A DNA stretch of 32,000 bases, taken from positions 1,770,001 through 1,802,000 of the forward strand of contig FP565575.1 in the NCBI GenBank assembly GCA_000091165.1, given 5' to 3'. A program made the translations under genes and the position numbers. The notes under the pieces were generated by a model. It saw nothing but the letters and a program-made list of their open reading frames with translations, had not been told where the DNA came from and made no database searches. This stretch comes from Candidatus Methylomirabilis oxygeniifera (GTDB lineage: Bacteria > Methylomirabilota > Methylomirabilia > Methylomirabilales > Methylomirabilaceae). Positions 10,729 through 19,564 of this stretch are shown here, piece after piece (position 1 is the first letter of the stretch; each line of letters opens with the position of its first letter).

Positions 10729-11744
10729 TACCCTGCCCTCCTGATCTGATACCGCCTCACCATCGCATCGTGCTCCCGCAGCGTATTTGAGAAGACATGC
10801 GTCCCATCATTTTTTGAGACGAAGTACAGATATCGGGAGGAAGCCGGATAGAGGGCAGCCATGACGGAGGCGCGTCCTGGGCTTGCAATCGGACCCGGCG
10901 GCAGGCCCCGGTGAAGATACGTATTGTATGGCGACGGCGCCCGCAGATTCGCTTTCGTAAGCTTGCCGCTAAACCGGGAGAGGCCATAGAGTACGGTAGG
11001 ATCGGATTGAAGCGGCATCCCGAGCCGCAGCCTGTTATGGAAGACCGCTGAGATAAGCGGCCGCTCTTCATCCGCCATCGCTTCCCGTTCGATCAGCGAG
11101 GCAATGGTCACGATATCTGCAACCGACATCTTCAACTCCCTGGCGCGCGCCTGCTCCGCAGAACCGAACATCTCCGTAAATCGATGAGCCATCAGCTCAA
11201 TAATCGCCTCCTCACCCATCCCCTTGACAAGGCGATAGGTATCCGGAAACAGGTACCCTTCAAGCGAGTCACCATCGACGTTGTACTGCCGGAGCAATCG
11301 ACGGTCCTGTAAGAGCGCCAGGAACCGTTCCTGGTCGATCAGCCCCTTTTCGTGAAGGAGTTCGGCGATCTGTCGGGCGGCAAACCCCTCGGGAATCGTC
11401 GTCTGATGGACGAGCCCTTTCCCCTGCTCGATCCGGCGGATCACCTCAAGCAGGCTAAGGCCGGGACCAAACTCATACTCTCCAGCAAGCAGGCGTCGTT
11501 GCGTGCCACGAGCGACAGCGACAGCCAGAAAGGCAGCACGACTGCGAATCACACCAGCCTCTTTCAGTGTCCTTGCGATATCGAAGGCGCCTGTCTGTGG
11601 TCGAATGACAACGGCGCGCGAAGTCTCCTTCGTGGATGGTGTACCGCCCAGAACGTACCACGCGATACCTCCTCCCACCAACAGACAGAGGCACAGCGCG
11701 ATAGCCCGTTGTGACGGCGAAGTCGTGGAGAGTGTCGTGCTCAC
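10728..11744 (-). CDS. mltG: Endolytic murein transglycosylase MltG
   Basis: N-terminal TM segment, IASLIEREAMADEERPLISAVFHNRL, PLQSDPTVLYG, SPYNTYLHRGLPPGPIASPG. Confidence 0.94.
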   Translation of the reverse strand: MSTTLSTTSPSQRAIALCLCLLVGGGIAWYVLGGTPSTKETSRAVVIRPQTGAFDIARTLKEAGVIRSRAAFLAVAVARGTQRRLLAGEYEFGPGLSLLEVIRRIEQGKGLVHQTTIPEGFAARQIAELLHEKGLIDQERFLALLQDRRLLRQYNVDGDSLEGYLFPDTYRLVKGMGEEAIIELMAHRFTEMFGSAEQARARELKMSVADIVTIASLIEREAMADEERPLISAVFHNRLRLGMPLQSDPTVLYGLSRFSGKLTKANLRAPSPYNTYLHRGLPPGPIASPGRASVMAALYPASSRYLYFVSKNDGTHVFSNTLREHDAMVRRYQIRRAG

Positions 11745-12214
11745 AAGGAGTGCTCCTGCTGACGATGGCGCCGATCGAGGAAGCCCTGCAGGATCAGGAC
11801 GGCGGCCATCTGATCGACGCGCCGTTTCCGCTTGGCCCGCGACAGATCGGCCTCAATCAGCAGGCGTTCTGCCGCCAGACTGGTCAGTCGCTCGTCCCAC
11901 ATCGTCACCTTGACCGACCCGCCCTCTTCCAGTTGTCCGGCAAACGCCAAGGCCCGCTCCGCCGAGGGTCCGAGTGTACCGTTCATATTTTTCGGTAGGC
12001 CCACAACGACATCGAGTATACCGTACTGATCCATGATCTCTCGAATGGCACGAACGGCCGCCTCGTCTGTAGACGGCTCGAGCGTGGGCAGAGGTTGAGC
12101 GGTGAGCCCCAACTCGTCGCTTATCGCTACCCCGATCCGCTTCGTCCCGAAATCGATCCCCAGGTATCGCTGCACTGTTTGTTGACTCTCCCCTTGACCT
12201 CTCAGAAAAACCAA
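11741..12214 (-). CDS. ruvX: Holliday junction resolvase-like protein RuvX/YqgF
   Basis: YLGIDFGTKRIGVAISDELG, VVGLPKNMNGTLG, WDERLTSLAAERLL, VDQMAAVLILQGFLD. Overlaps the mltG start by 4 nt. Confidence 0.93.
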   Translation of the reverse strand: MVFLRGQGESQQTVQRYLGIDFGTKRIGVAISDELGLTAQPLPTLEPSTDEAAVRAIREIMDQYGILDVVVGLPKNMNGTLGPSAERALAFAGQLEEGGSVKVTMWDERLTSLAAERLLIEADLSRAKRKRRVDQMAAVLILQGFLDRRHRQQEHSL

Positions 12215-12222
12215 TCACAATA

Positions 12223-12915
12223 GTGAACATGCCACAGACAGCAACCGGACGTCGGCTCCTCTCCCTCTATCGAAATCTGTTCCGATATTTTGGACCACAA
12301 CGCTGGTGGCCGGCCCGTTCCCGGTTTGAGGTCATCGTCGGCGCCATTCTGACCCAGAATACCGCCTGGATCAATGTTGAGAAGGCGATCACGGCGTTGC
12401 GGACCGCCCGTCTGCTCAACCCCCGTGGCATCGATAGCGTGCCGCAGGAGCATCTCGCCACGCTCATCCGGCCGTCGGGTTATTATAACATGAAGACTGA
12501 ACGCCTGAAACACGTCACGCGTTTCCTGCTGACGCGCTACGGCGGGAGTGTCAGGCGGATGGGTCGGACGGGGTTATCCGAATTGCGTGAGGAGTTGCTG
12601 GGGATTTCAGGGGTCGGCGAGGAGACAGCCGACTCGATCCTGCTATACGCGGGCGACCGGCCGATCTTCGTCGTGGACGCCTACACTCGACGGGTACTGG
12701 AACGGCATGGGCTGATTGCGAAGAACACTCGGTATGGTGAGATCCAGCGCCTCTTCATGACCCACCTGCCGACCGACGCGACACTCTTCAATGAATATCA
12801 CGCCCTGCTGGTAGCCGTCGGCAAGACCTACTGCCGGAGAACACCGAACTGCGACAAATGTCCCCTCCGTTACGACTTACCGGAAGGATCACCCCTTCTG
12901 CCGCGCCCAGAGTAG
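12223..12915 (+). CDS. Endonuclease III-like HhH-GPD DNA glycosylase with Fe-S cluster loop
   Basis: FEVIVGAILTQNTAWINVEKAI, GISGVGEETADSILLYAGDRPIFVVDAYTRRVL, C-x6-C-x2-C-x5-C-like tail (YCRRTPNCDKCPL). Confidence 0.9.
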   Translation: MNMPQTATGRRLLSLYRNLFRYFGPQRWWPARSRFEVIVGAILTQNTAWINVEKAITALRTARLLNPRGIDSVPQEHLATLIRPSGYYNMKTERLKHVTRFLLTRYGGSVRRMGRTGLSELREELLGISGVGEETADSILLYAGDRPIFVVDAYTRRVLERHGLIAKNTRYGEIQRLFMTHLPTDATLFNEYHALLVAVGKTYCRRTPNCDKCPLRYDLPEGSPLLPRPE

Positions 12916-14745
12916 GTTATACCCCTCCACGAAGGCGTTGACTGAGGCGACGATGATGTCGGGGGAAGTCCCGATGGCGACGATTCGGTTGCCTTCAGCG
13001 TCCTTCATGACCATGGTGGTCTCGACCGAGGCATTGGTCCCGGGTGAGCTGATTTCTACATTGTAGTCAATCAGCTCGAAGAAGAGCTTCCCGCGGGTCA
13101 AGGCGGCCTGTTTCAGGGCGTTGATGACCGCATCCACCGGCCCGACACCTGCAGCGGTCGCTTCCACTTTCTCCCCGTCGAACAGGACCCAGACGGCCGC
13201 TTCCGCCTGACCATGGAGCGACGTCAATACCTTAAAGTCCTCTACGGTGAGGATCGGTTCGTGAACCGATAGACCCTTGAGGACATTCTCAACAATATAC
13301 TGAAGGTCGGCCTTCATGATCGGCTTCCCCTTCTTCACAAACTCCTCGATCAATGATCGTACCTTACCGCCGTATTCGGCGGTCAGCTTGACGCCGAACT
13401 CCTGTCGTACCCGCGCGGTCACGTCGGTCACTGAGGGGACTGCCTCAAACAGGTTCTTATCGCCGTTCTTGGCGCCTGCGGCCCTGATCTCATACAGGCG
13501 CAGCTTCAGGAACTTCTCGACCTCCTGCATTGACGGATCGATGGTAGCGGGCGACGGGAGGACTCGTAGCGCCGCCCTGGGATCCTTGAGCCCGTTCCCT
13601 GTGGCGAGGCAGACCACCGTCTCATCCGCCCTCACACGCCCGCTGGTCAGCAGCAGCGCGAGCGCCCCGACGGGAATCGCCCCGGACGGCTCCACGAAGA
13701 TCGACTCCTGGCGCGCGATCCGCTGCTGCGCCTGCAAGATCTCGGTATCACTGAGCGATAGCGCGCATCCGCCAGATTCTCGCAACGCCGCCAGTGCCTT
13801 CAGCCCATCCAACGGATCGCCTGCCATCAGTGCTGAGGCGACCGATTCCGGTTTCTTTACAGGAATAATCTCGTCGGTGCCCTGGTTAAACGCAGCCACG
13901 ATCGGCGGACAACCGATCGGCTGGACACCGATCATCCGCGGCAAAGACGAGATCAACCCCAGCTCATAAAACTCTTTGAACCCCTTCCAGAGAGCGGCGA
14001 TGTTGGTCCCGCAGCCCATGGGAACAATAACGACGGCCGGGGCCTGCCAGTCTAACTGCTCCACAATCTCGAACGCCTGTGACTTCTGGCCTTCGACGCG
14101 AAAGGCGTAATCGCCGGCCAGATAATACCCATATCGTCGGCTCATCTGCTCGGCAATGGAGGCCGCATCGTTATACGTCCCTCGGATCTGCAGGACCCTG
14201 GCGCCATAGGAAAGAGACTGGGCCATTTTTCCGATTGGGGTTCCCTCCGGAACCGCCACATAGCATGGCAAATTCGCGATCGAGGCATAGGCGGCGACGG
14301 AACCGGCCATATTGCCGGTAGAGGCCACGCAGATCGCCTTGGCGCCTTGTTCTTTAGCCTTGGTGATTTCGACCAGCGTCCCTCGATCCTTGAACACGCC
14401 GGTCGGATTCATCCCCTCATTTTTGATATAGAGCTGCTTGATCCCCAACTCCTCCGCTAACCGATGGCACCGGTACAGCGGTGTTCCGCCCTCATCAAGC
14501 GAGACCACAAGATCGAGATTGAGGATAGGGTAGAAATCGAGATATTTGAGCGCTTTGATCGGAGAGGTCTTCAGTGAGTATCGATTGAGGCGAGCCCGGA
14601 TATAGCTATAGTCATAACGAACGCCAAGCGGCTTGCCGCAACTGACGCAACGCGAACTGCTCTCCTGCTCGGTGCAGGTCGTGCCGCACACAATGCAGTA
14701 GAGCTCATAAAACCTGGCTTCCCTACGCCGTCCCCTTGCAGCCAT
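12889..14745 (-). CDS. Threonine synthase-like PLP enzyme fused to a LeuA-type allosteric/dimerisation domain
   Basis: N-terminal zinc-ribbon-like YCIVCGTTCTEQESSSRCVSCGKPLG, PLP region IKNEGMNPTGVFKDRGTLVEITKAKEQGAKAICVASTGNMAGSVAAYA. The last ~127 aa read 'ILTVEDFKVLTSLHGQAEAAVWVLFDGEKVEATAAGVGPVDAVINALKQA...FELIDYNVEISSPGTNASVETTMVM'. Confidence 0.88.
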   Translation of the reverse strand: MAARGRRREARFYELYCIVCGTTCTEQESSSRCVSCGKPLGVRYDYSYIRARLNRYSLKTSPIKALKYLDFYPILNLDLVVSLDEGGTPLYRCHRLAEELGIKQLYIKNEGMNPTGVFKDRGTLVEITKAKEQGAKAICVASTGNMAGSVAAYASIANLPCYVAVPEGTPIGKMAQSLSYGARVLQIRGTYNDAASIAEQMSRRYGYYLAGDYAFRVEGQKSQAFEIVEQLDWQAPAVVIVPMGCGTNIAALWKGFKEFYELGLISSLPRMIGVQPIGCPPIVAAFNQGTDEIIPVKKPESVASALMAGDPLDGLKALAALRESGGCALSLSDTEILQAQQRIARQESIFVEPSGAIPVGALALLLTSGRVRADETVVCLATGNGLKDPRAALRVLPSPATIDPSMQEVEKFLKLRLYEIRAAGAKNGDKNLFEAVPSVTDVTARVRQEFGVKLTAEYGGKVRSLIEEFVKKGKPIMKADLQYIVENVLKGLSVHEPILTVEDFKVLTSLHGQAEAAVWVLFDGEKVEATAAGVGPVDAVINALKQAALTRGKLFFELIDYNVEISSPGTNASVETTMVMKDAEGNRIVAIGTSPDIIVASVNAFVEGYNLLWARQKG

Positions 14746-14773
14746 CGATCCTCCTCACGTATTTACTCTATGG

Positions 14774-14798
14774 AAAACCCGCTCAATCTAGCGGGGTT
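14774..14798 (-). terminator. Rho-independent terminator downstream of the rhomboid/metallopeptidase genes
   Basis: Minus strand AACCCCGCTAGATTGAGCGGGTTTT: 6-bp perfect stem CCCGCT/AGCGGG followed by TTTT. Confidence 0.6.
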
Positions 14799-14842
14799 CA
14801 CGGCAAGGTGTCAAGAATTTTTAAGGAACGGACACGGTGGCA

Positions 14843-15232
14843 TTACTCATACCCGGCCTGCTCCAACTCATCTTCAGAGAGGCCGAAATGATGACCGATC
14901 TCGTGTAGCAGGGTCGTACGGATCTGCGTCTGGATCTCTTCCTTGGTCCGGCAGCCCTCTTCAATCGATCGCTGGTACAGTGTAATCTTATCAGGGAGAA
15001 CCATCCCGTACGAGCTGCTCCGCTTTGTAAGCGGGATGCCGGTGTACAGGCCAAAGAGGGTGTCCCTGGGATCGATCTCGGCCATGGCTAACTCCTCGGA
15101 GGAAGGGCGAGCTTTGATCACAATATCAACATTCGAGAGCCGTTCCATCACTCGTGACGGAAGCGACGCAACCGCCTGGGCAACCAACTGACGGAACTCC
15201 TCGCGGCTCAGGGCCACAGTCCGCTTCGCCAT
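14843..15232 (-). CDS. Metallopeptidase family protein (minimal zincin, HExxH)
   Basis: MAKRTVALSREEFRQLVAQAVASLP...LFGLYTGIPLTKRSS...TLLHEIGHHFGLSEDELEQAGYE. The full ORF extends to 15256. Confidence 0.88.
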   Translation of the reverse strand: MAKRTVALSREEFRQLVAQAVASLPSRVMERLSNVDIVIKARPSSEELAMAEIDPRDTLFGLYTGIPLTKRSSSYGMVLPDKITLYQRSIEEGCRTKEEIQTQIRTTLLHEIGHHFGLSEDELEQAGYE

Positions 15233-15234
15233 GT

Positions 15235-15930
15235 TCACGAGAGCTGATCCCCCCAATGAAGCCGCTTGCGTCGACCGGCGAACGGTATGACCATCACGAG
15301 CCCTGCCACGAACCCTCCGACATGAGCAAGCCAGGCGACGCCCCCTACCTGCACGCCCAGTGTCATGACCCCGTTCAGAACCTGGACGAGGATCCAGAAC
15401 CCCAAGACAACCAACGCCGGGATCTCCGCAACTCGCGAGAAAAAGCCGAGCGGAATCAGGGTCAGGACGCGGGCACGCGGAAAGAGGAACAGGTAGGCGC
15501 CCAGCACGCCGGAGATCGCCCCACTGGCGCCGACCATCGGGATCTTTGAAGCGGGATCAGCCCAGATTTGGGCGGCAGCAGCGCCCACCCCGGAAAGCAG
15601 ATAAAAAATCAGAAATTTCGGCCGCCCCATCCGGTCTTCTACGTTATCGCCGAAGATCCACAGATAGAGCATGTTGCCGCCAAGATGGAACAGACCACCA
15701 TGTACGAACATCGAGGTAAAGAGGGTGGCATACAGCGGGACAGGATGCGGAATGAACGGATCACCGCTGCTGATCTCCAACGGGATGAGACCATAGAGGC
15801 GGATAAACTCCACCACCTCCTGCGGCGGAAGCATCATCTGGATGCCGTAGACGAGGACATTGACGGCGATCAGCCCGATCGTCAGGACAGGGGCGCGGCT
15901 GGAGGGGATGTTATCCCTGAGTGGGATCAT
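15235..15930 (-). CDS. Rhomboid family intramembrane serine protease
   Basis: TLFTSMFVHGGLFHLGGNMLYLWIFGDNVEDRMG, MVGASGAISGVLGAYL (GASG active site), WLAHVGGFVAGL. Confidence 0.94.
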   Translation of the reverse strand: MIPLRDNIPSSRAPVLTIGLIAVNVLVYGIQMMLPPQEVVEFIRLYGLIPLEISSGDPFIPHPVPLYATLFTSMFVHGGLFHLGGNMLYLWIFGDNVEDRMGRPKFLIFYLLSGVGAAAAQIWADPASKIPMVGASGAISGVLGAYLFLFPRARVLTLIPLGFFSRVAEIPALVVLGFWILVQVLNGVMTLGVQVGGVAWLAHVGGFVAGLVMVIPFAGRRKRLHWGDQLS

Positions 15931-15973
15931 ACATGCTCACACAAGCAATCAGCCCTCAGCAATCAGCTTTCAG

Positions 15974-16717
15974 CTATTGCTCAGCGCCTCCCTTTCCCGT
16001 CAACGGCACGAACAGCACAGGCGCAATCGAACGGACCTGCAATTTCCCACCGCGCTTCTCCCCGAGGATCAGGTCCTGCGTTCCCCTCGCAACCCCCACC
16101 GGAATCGCTATTCGCCCTCCCTCGCGCAACTGCTCGATCAACGGGAGGGGAATCTCCGGAGCGCCGGCCGCAACCACGATCCCGTCAAAGGGGGCAACCT
16201 CCGGCCATCCCTCGTATCCATCTCCCTGTCGGACATACACATTCCGGTATCCGAGAGCCTCCAGACGGGCGCCGGCACGCTCTGCAAGCGACGGGATAAT
16301 TTCGACGGTATAGACCTCGGCCGCCAACTCGGCCAGGATCGCAGCTTGATAGCCTGAACCGGTTCCAACCTCAAGAACCAGATGCCTCGGTTGCACCCGG
16401 AGGAGCTGGACCATGAGCGCAACAATGTACGGCTGCGAAATGGTCTGTCCTGCCCCAATAGAGAGAGGGCGGTCTTCGTAGGCACACTGCTCCAGGGCCG
16501 GCTCTACGAACAGGTGGCGGGCAACCTTCCCCATCGCCGCAATGACCCGTTCATCGACGATGTCGCGAGTCCTGAGCTGCTGCTCCACCATCCGCCATCG
16601 CGCCGCTTCTGCGCCCGCTTCATACCGGTCCGCCACGCTTCCTCCTGGAACGATCAGATTGAAGGGCCACGCGAGGGCACAGCGGCGCAAGAGCGAGGCG
16701 AACATGGAATCTTTCAC
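15974..16717 (-). CDS. pcm: Protein-L-isoaspartate O-methyltransferase
   Basis: MVEQQLRTRDIVDERVIAAMGKVARHLFV, GAGQTISQPYIVALM, VLEVGTGSGYQAAILAEL, GDGYEGWPEVAPFDGIVVAAGAPEIP. Confidence 0.95.
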   Translation of the reverse strand: MKDSMFASLLRRCALAWPFNLIVPGGSVADRYEAGAEAARWRMVEQQLRTRDIVDERVIAAMGKVARHLFVEPALEQCAYEDRPLSIGAGQTISQPYIVALMVQLLRVQPRHLVLEVGTGSGYQAAILAELAAEVYTVEIIPSLAERAGARLEALGYRNVYVRQGDGYEGWPEVAPFDGIVVAAGAPEIPLPLIEQLREGGRIAIPVGVARGTQDLILGEKRGGKLQVRSIAPVLFVPLTGKGGAEQ

Positions 16718-16767
16718 GGCGTCTCACGATGCAACTGCTGCGTCACGGGGCATACGCCCTGCCGGAT

Positions 16768-16806
16768 AAAAAATAACAGCCCCGATCTCCAGGGAAAGAT
16801 CAGGGC
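16768..16806 (-). terminator. Rho-independent terminator downstream of sigma factor gene
   Basis: Minus strand GCCCTGATCTttccctggAGATCGGGGCTGTTATTTTTT: 10-bp stem with one G-T pair, then a T-rich tract. Confidence 0.75.
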
Positions 16807-16889
16807 CTATCGATTCAATGACCATACATTTCAACCGGGCGGTTCCGCCCCCTTCGCAACGCCGAACAGCACCTCAGATCACGAGAGAG

Positions 16890-17750
16890 TTAATTCAGAT
16901 AATCTTTCAGATGCCTGGATTTGGCCCACACGCATAATTTCTGCTTGGCGCGCTCCTCAATCTGTCGGACCCGTTCCCGCGAAAGCTTGAGTCGCTTGCC
17001 GACCTCTTTCAAGGTCATCGCTTCTTCCTTCCCCAACCCGAAGCGCAATTCCACGATGAGGCGCTCTCTGTCGTTGAGACTGCGAAGCATCCGCTCCACC
17101 TCTTCGCGGAGCGACCTCCGGATCAGTTCATAGTCGGCAGGAGGGAGCTGCTTCGACTCATATAACTCCATTCCAATTCGTTGTTCAAGGCCGATTTCAT
17201 CGCTGAGAAAGGCCAACTGACCTGCCCGGTGCAACGCCCCCTCCAGATCGCTCGCGCTCAGATCCAGTTCCTCCGTCACCTCTGAATCGGTCGGCTCCGC
17301 CTGCAACTGCTGAGAGAGATCCGCGCGGACGTCGTCAAGTTGCGAGGCGAGGCGAGCCTTCCGGAGCGGCAGCCTCACCGCCCCTCCGCTGATGGCCAGA
17401 GCCTGCATGATCGCCTGTCGGATCCACCAGACGGCATAGGTGATAAACTTGACATTATAGTCCGGAGAGTAGCGGCGCGCGGCTTCAAGCAGGCCGATGT
17501 TGCCTTCATTGATCAGGTCCGGCAGCGACAGACCGCACCCTCTATAGCGGAGGGCTACCTTGACCACGAAACGGAGGTTGGCCTCGACCAGTTGCTTCAA
17601 GGCCTTCTCATCTCCCCGTTGGGTCGCCTTCCCCAGTTTCAGCTCCTCCTCCTTCTTGAGAAGAGGAACCTGAGCGATCCGCTTCAGATACGCACCAAGG
17701 GCGTCGTCGGAGACCCGGTTGTAAAAGTCTGCAAATGACCCTTTCGCCAC
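16890..17750 (-). CDS. RNA polymerase sigma-70 family factor (RpoD/RpoS-like)
   Basis: DALGAYLKRIAQVPLLKKEEELKLG, LVEANLRFVVKVALRY, LPDLINEGNIGLLEAARRYSPDYNVKFITYAVWWIRQAI, ...TLKEVGKRLKLSRERVRQIEERAKQKL. Confidence 0.95.
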   Translation of the reverse strand: MAKGSFADFYNRVSDDALGAYLKRIAQVPLLKKEEELKLGKATQRGDEKALKQLVEANLRFVVKVALRYRGCGLSLPDLINEGNIGLLEAARRYSPDYNVKFITYAVWWIRQAIMQALAISGGAVRLPLRKARLASQLDDVRADLSQQLQAEPTDSEVTEELDLSASDLEGALHRAGQLAFLSDEIGLEQRIGMELYESKQLPPADYELIRRSLREEVERMLRSLNDRERLIVELRFGLGKEEAMTLKEVGKRLKLSRERVRQIEERAKQKLCVWAKSRHLKDYLN

Positions 17751-17832
17751 TCTATTTCACTCGTATGTGAAGCCGGCAGCTATGTGTAGTATGAATACAT
17801 TACGCGATGACGCTTCAGATTAACACAGTGTT

Positions 17833-18663
17833 TTACGGGTTGTCAAAGTTGCGACGCTTCGGCCTGCCGACCACAACCTCACATCCGCGGCCTATGCCGA
17901 GGAGCCGTGACGCATCTCCCTGATTTACGAAGATCTCCAGATACTCTGCGCTTCCAATGATCGCGCCGGAAGCGGCGGGGGCGACTTGGCCGTAACAGGC
18001 AACCACCGGAATCTCCAAGCCGGCAACGGATACCACGTATGCTGCAGGGGAATCCACGGTCTCCAACCGCTCCAGGTCAAGCCGGGCAATGTTCGTCATC
18101 AGATTGCCGAACCGATCGATGTAGAGGATTTCCCCTCTGATCGATGAGATCCCGGACTGTACCGGGCGCGGGATCACCAGACGGACGTAGTCATCAATGA
18201 GCTCTCCGCACTCATCAGGTTGAGCCCCAAGCGACAGATGGCCCGCTATGGGGGCAAAAATATCGCGTCCGTGAAAGGTGGCGCTGACCGGCTGGAGGAA
18301 ATATCCGGTCGCAGTAATGACCCTGACCGTCGACCCGGCCTTCGCTGCCAGCAGGGCCAGCAGTCCGTTGTCCGGGCCGATGAACAGATGGTCGTCACAC
18401 GTGACCAGGATCGGCCGACGAGGCCCGCCGACCCCCGGATCAACCACTGCGATATGGATCGTGCCGGCGGGGAAGTAGCGGTACGACGTGATAAGCAGCA
18501 ATGCCGCTTCGGCAACGTCATATGCCTTACCGCTATGACACAGATCGACAAGCGCCACATGGGGATTAATCCCAAGGATCACCCCTTTCATGATGCCGAC
18601 GAACGGGTCACTCAATCCGAAATCGGTCAGCAACGTGACAACCCGGCGTGCGGCCTCTCTCAT
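17833..18663 (-). CDS. SAM hydroxide adenosyltransferase (DUF62 / SAM hydrolase family)
   Basis: VVTLLTDFGLSDPFVGIMKGVILGINP, HIAVVDPGVGGPRRPI, GPDNGLLALL, SATFHGRDIFAPIAGHL, YIDRFGNLMTNI. Confidence 0.92.
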   Translation of the reverse strand: MREAARRVVTLLTDFGLSDPFVGIMKGVILGINPHVALVDLCHSGKAYDVAEAALLLITSYRYFPAGTIHIAVVDPGVGGPRRPILVTCDDHLFIGPDNGLLALLAAKAGSTVRVITATGYFLQPVSATFHGRDIFAPIAGHLSLGAQPDECGELIDDYVRLVIPRPVQSGISSIRGEILYIDRFGNLMTNIARLDLERLETVDSPAAYVVSVAGLEIPVVACYGQVAPAASGAIIGSAEYLEIFVNQGDASRLLGIGRGCEVVVGRPKRRNFDNP

Positions 18664-18670
18664 CCCATCC

Positions 18671-19063
18671 TCAGACTTTCATCAAAAGGCCGGTAGCCTC
18701 TGCAACGATTGTCCCGTCCTCCTGCTCGGCCCACGCCTTCGTCGTGACGGTCCTGGTATCCTGCTTGATGATCTGCCCGTAAAAGATCAATCGCGCTCCG
18801 ATGGCAGCCGGGCGCCTGAGCCTCATCTCGAGTTTGGTGGTCACAGCGTGGATGTTCCGCAAATAGGCGCCGTTGACCATCACCTCGTCAAGAATGGTCG
18901 CGATAATCCCCCCATGCAAGATATCTTTCCAGCCTTGAAACCGCTTTGGCGGGGTAAACTCAGTCCTGATCCGATCATCGCCGATCATCTCGAAATGCAG
19001 ATGCAGGCCGTCTGCGTTCTGCTTGCCGCAGACAAAGCACATCTGATCGTCTTCGTAGTCCAT
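18671..19063 (-). CDS. Hotdog-fold thioesterase (PaaI-like)
   Basis: MDYEDDQMCFVCGKQNADGLHLHFEM...FQGWKDILHGGIIATILDEVM. The ORF can be extended to 19147, but ATG at 19063 fits the family better. Confidence 0.85.
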   Translation of the reverse strand: MDYEDDQMCFVCGKQNADGLHLHFEMIGDDRIRTEFTPPKRFQGWKDILHGGIIATILDEVMVNGAYLRNIHAVTTKLEMRLRRPAAIGARLIFYGQIIKQDTRTVTTKAWAEQEDGTIVAEATGLLMKV

Positions 19064-19147
19064 GAATCCCATCCCGCGCTTTTTCCGTTGACTTTTTAGG
19101 GTTGACCCTTTACAAGTAATGAACGTAAGCCGCTTGCTGCAAGTCAT

Positions 19148-19234
19148 GCCGAAGTGGCGGAATTGGTAGACGCGCTGCGTTCAGGGCGCAGTGGGCGTAC
19201 GCTCATCGGGGTTCGAGTCCCCGCTTCGGCACCA
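19148..19234 (+). tRNA. tRNA-Leu, anticodon CAG, CCA encoded
   Basis: GCCGAAGTGGCGGAATTGGTAGACGCGCTGCGTTCAGGGCGCAGTGGGCGTACGCTCATCGGGGTTCGAGTCCCCGCTTCGGCACCA. Cloverleaf pairs; long variable arm; loop TTCAGGG. Confidence 0.96.
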
Positions 19235-19254
19235 CACAAATCCAAGAAGTCACG

Positions 19255-19278
19255 GGCCTCAGGCGTCTGAGGCCTTTT
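19255..19278 (+). terminator. Rho-independent terminator of tRNA-Leu
   Basis: GGCCTCAG-GCGT-CTGAGGCC-TTTT: perfect 8-bp stem, 4-nt loop, T-run, about 20 nt after tRNA-Leu. Confidence 0.85.
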
Positions 19279-19324
19279 ATGTTTCAGGCAGATGATCTCT
19301 GACAGCGATGACCGCCTCTTTGTT

Positions 19325-19564
19325 TTATGGTAGGGGGGTTTCGCAGAGCTGTTTGAGGTCCTCAAAATAACGCCGATGTGTCCGACGTAACGCTTCTTCG
19401 CTGGCTGCTTCCAGCAGGACTACTTCGTGGTCCACTCCTGCGCGATTGAGGTTCAACTCGATCTCAAGCCGTGAGTCCTCAGCATTCCGCCGCTCCGAGT
19501 CCTCGAAGGCTCTAAAGTTGACAATGCGGCCCTCGCCACGGTTGTACTCAATTAAGAATATCAT
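19325..19564 (-). CDS. Small acidic protein coupled to RelA/SpoT-domain gene; function unknown
   Basis: 79 aa, starts in an ATGA overlap with the upstream synthetase stop; GGGG-rich RBS-like sequence upstream. Confidence 0.7.
   Translation of the reverse strand: MIFLIEYNRGEGRIVNFRAFEDSERRNAEDSRLEIELNLNRAGVDHEVVLLEAASEEALRRTHRRYFEDLKQLCETPLP

Noticed and set aside
15568-16357. Plus-strand ORFs of 243 aa and 165 aa
   Set aside because: Antisense to rhomboid protease and pcm, which have clear motifs.
19144-19365. Minus-strand ORF ending ...GAEAGTRTPMSVRPLRPERSASTNSATSA
   Set aside because: Translation of the antisense strand of tRNA-Leu and its flank; not a gene.
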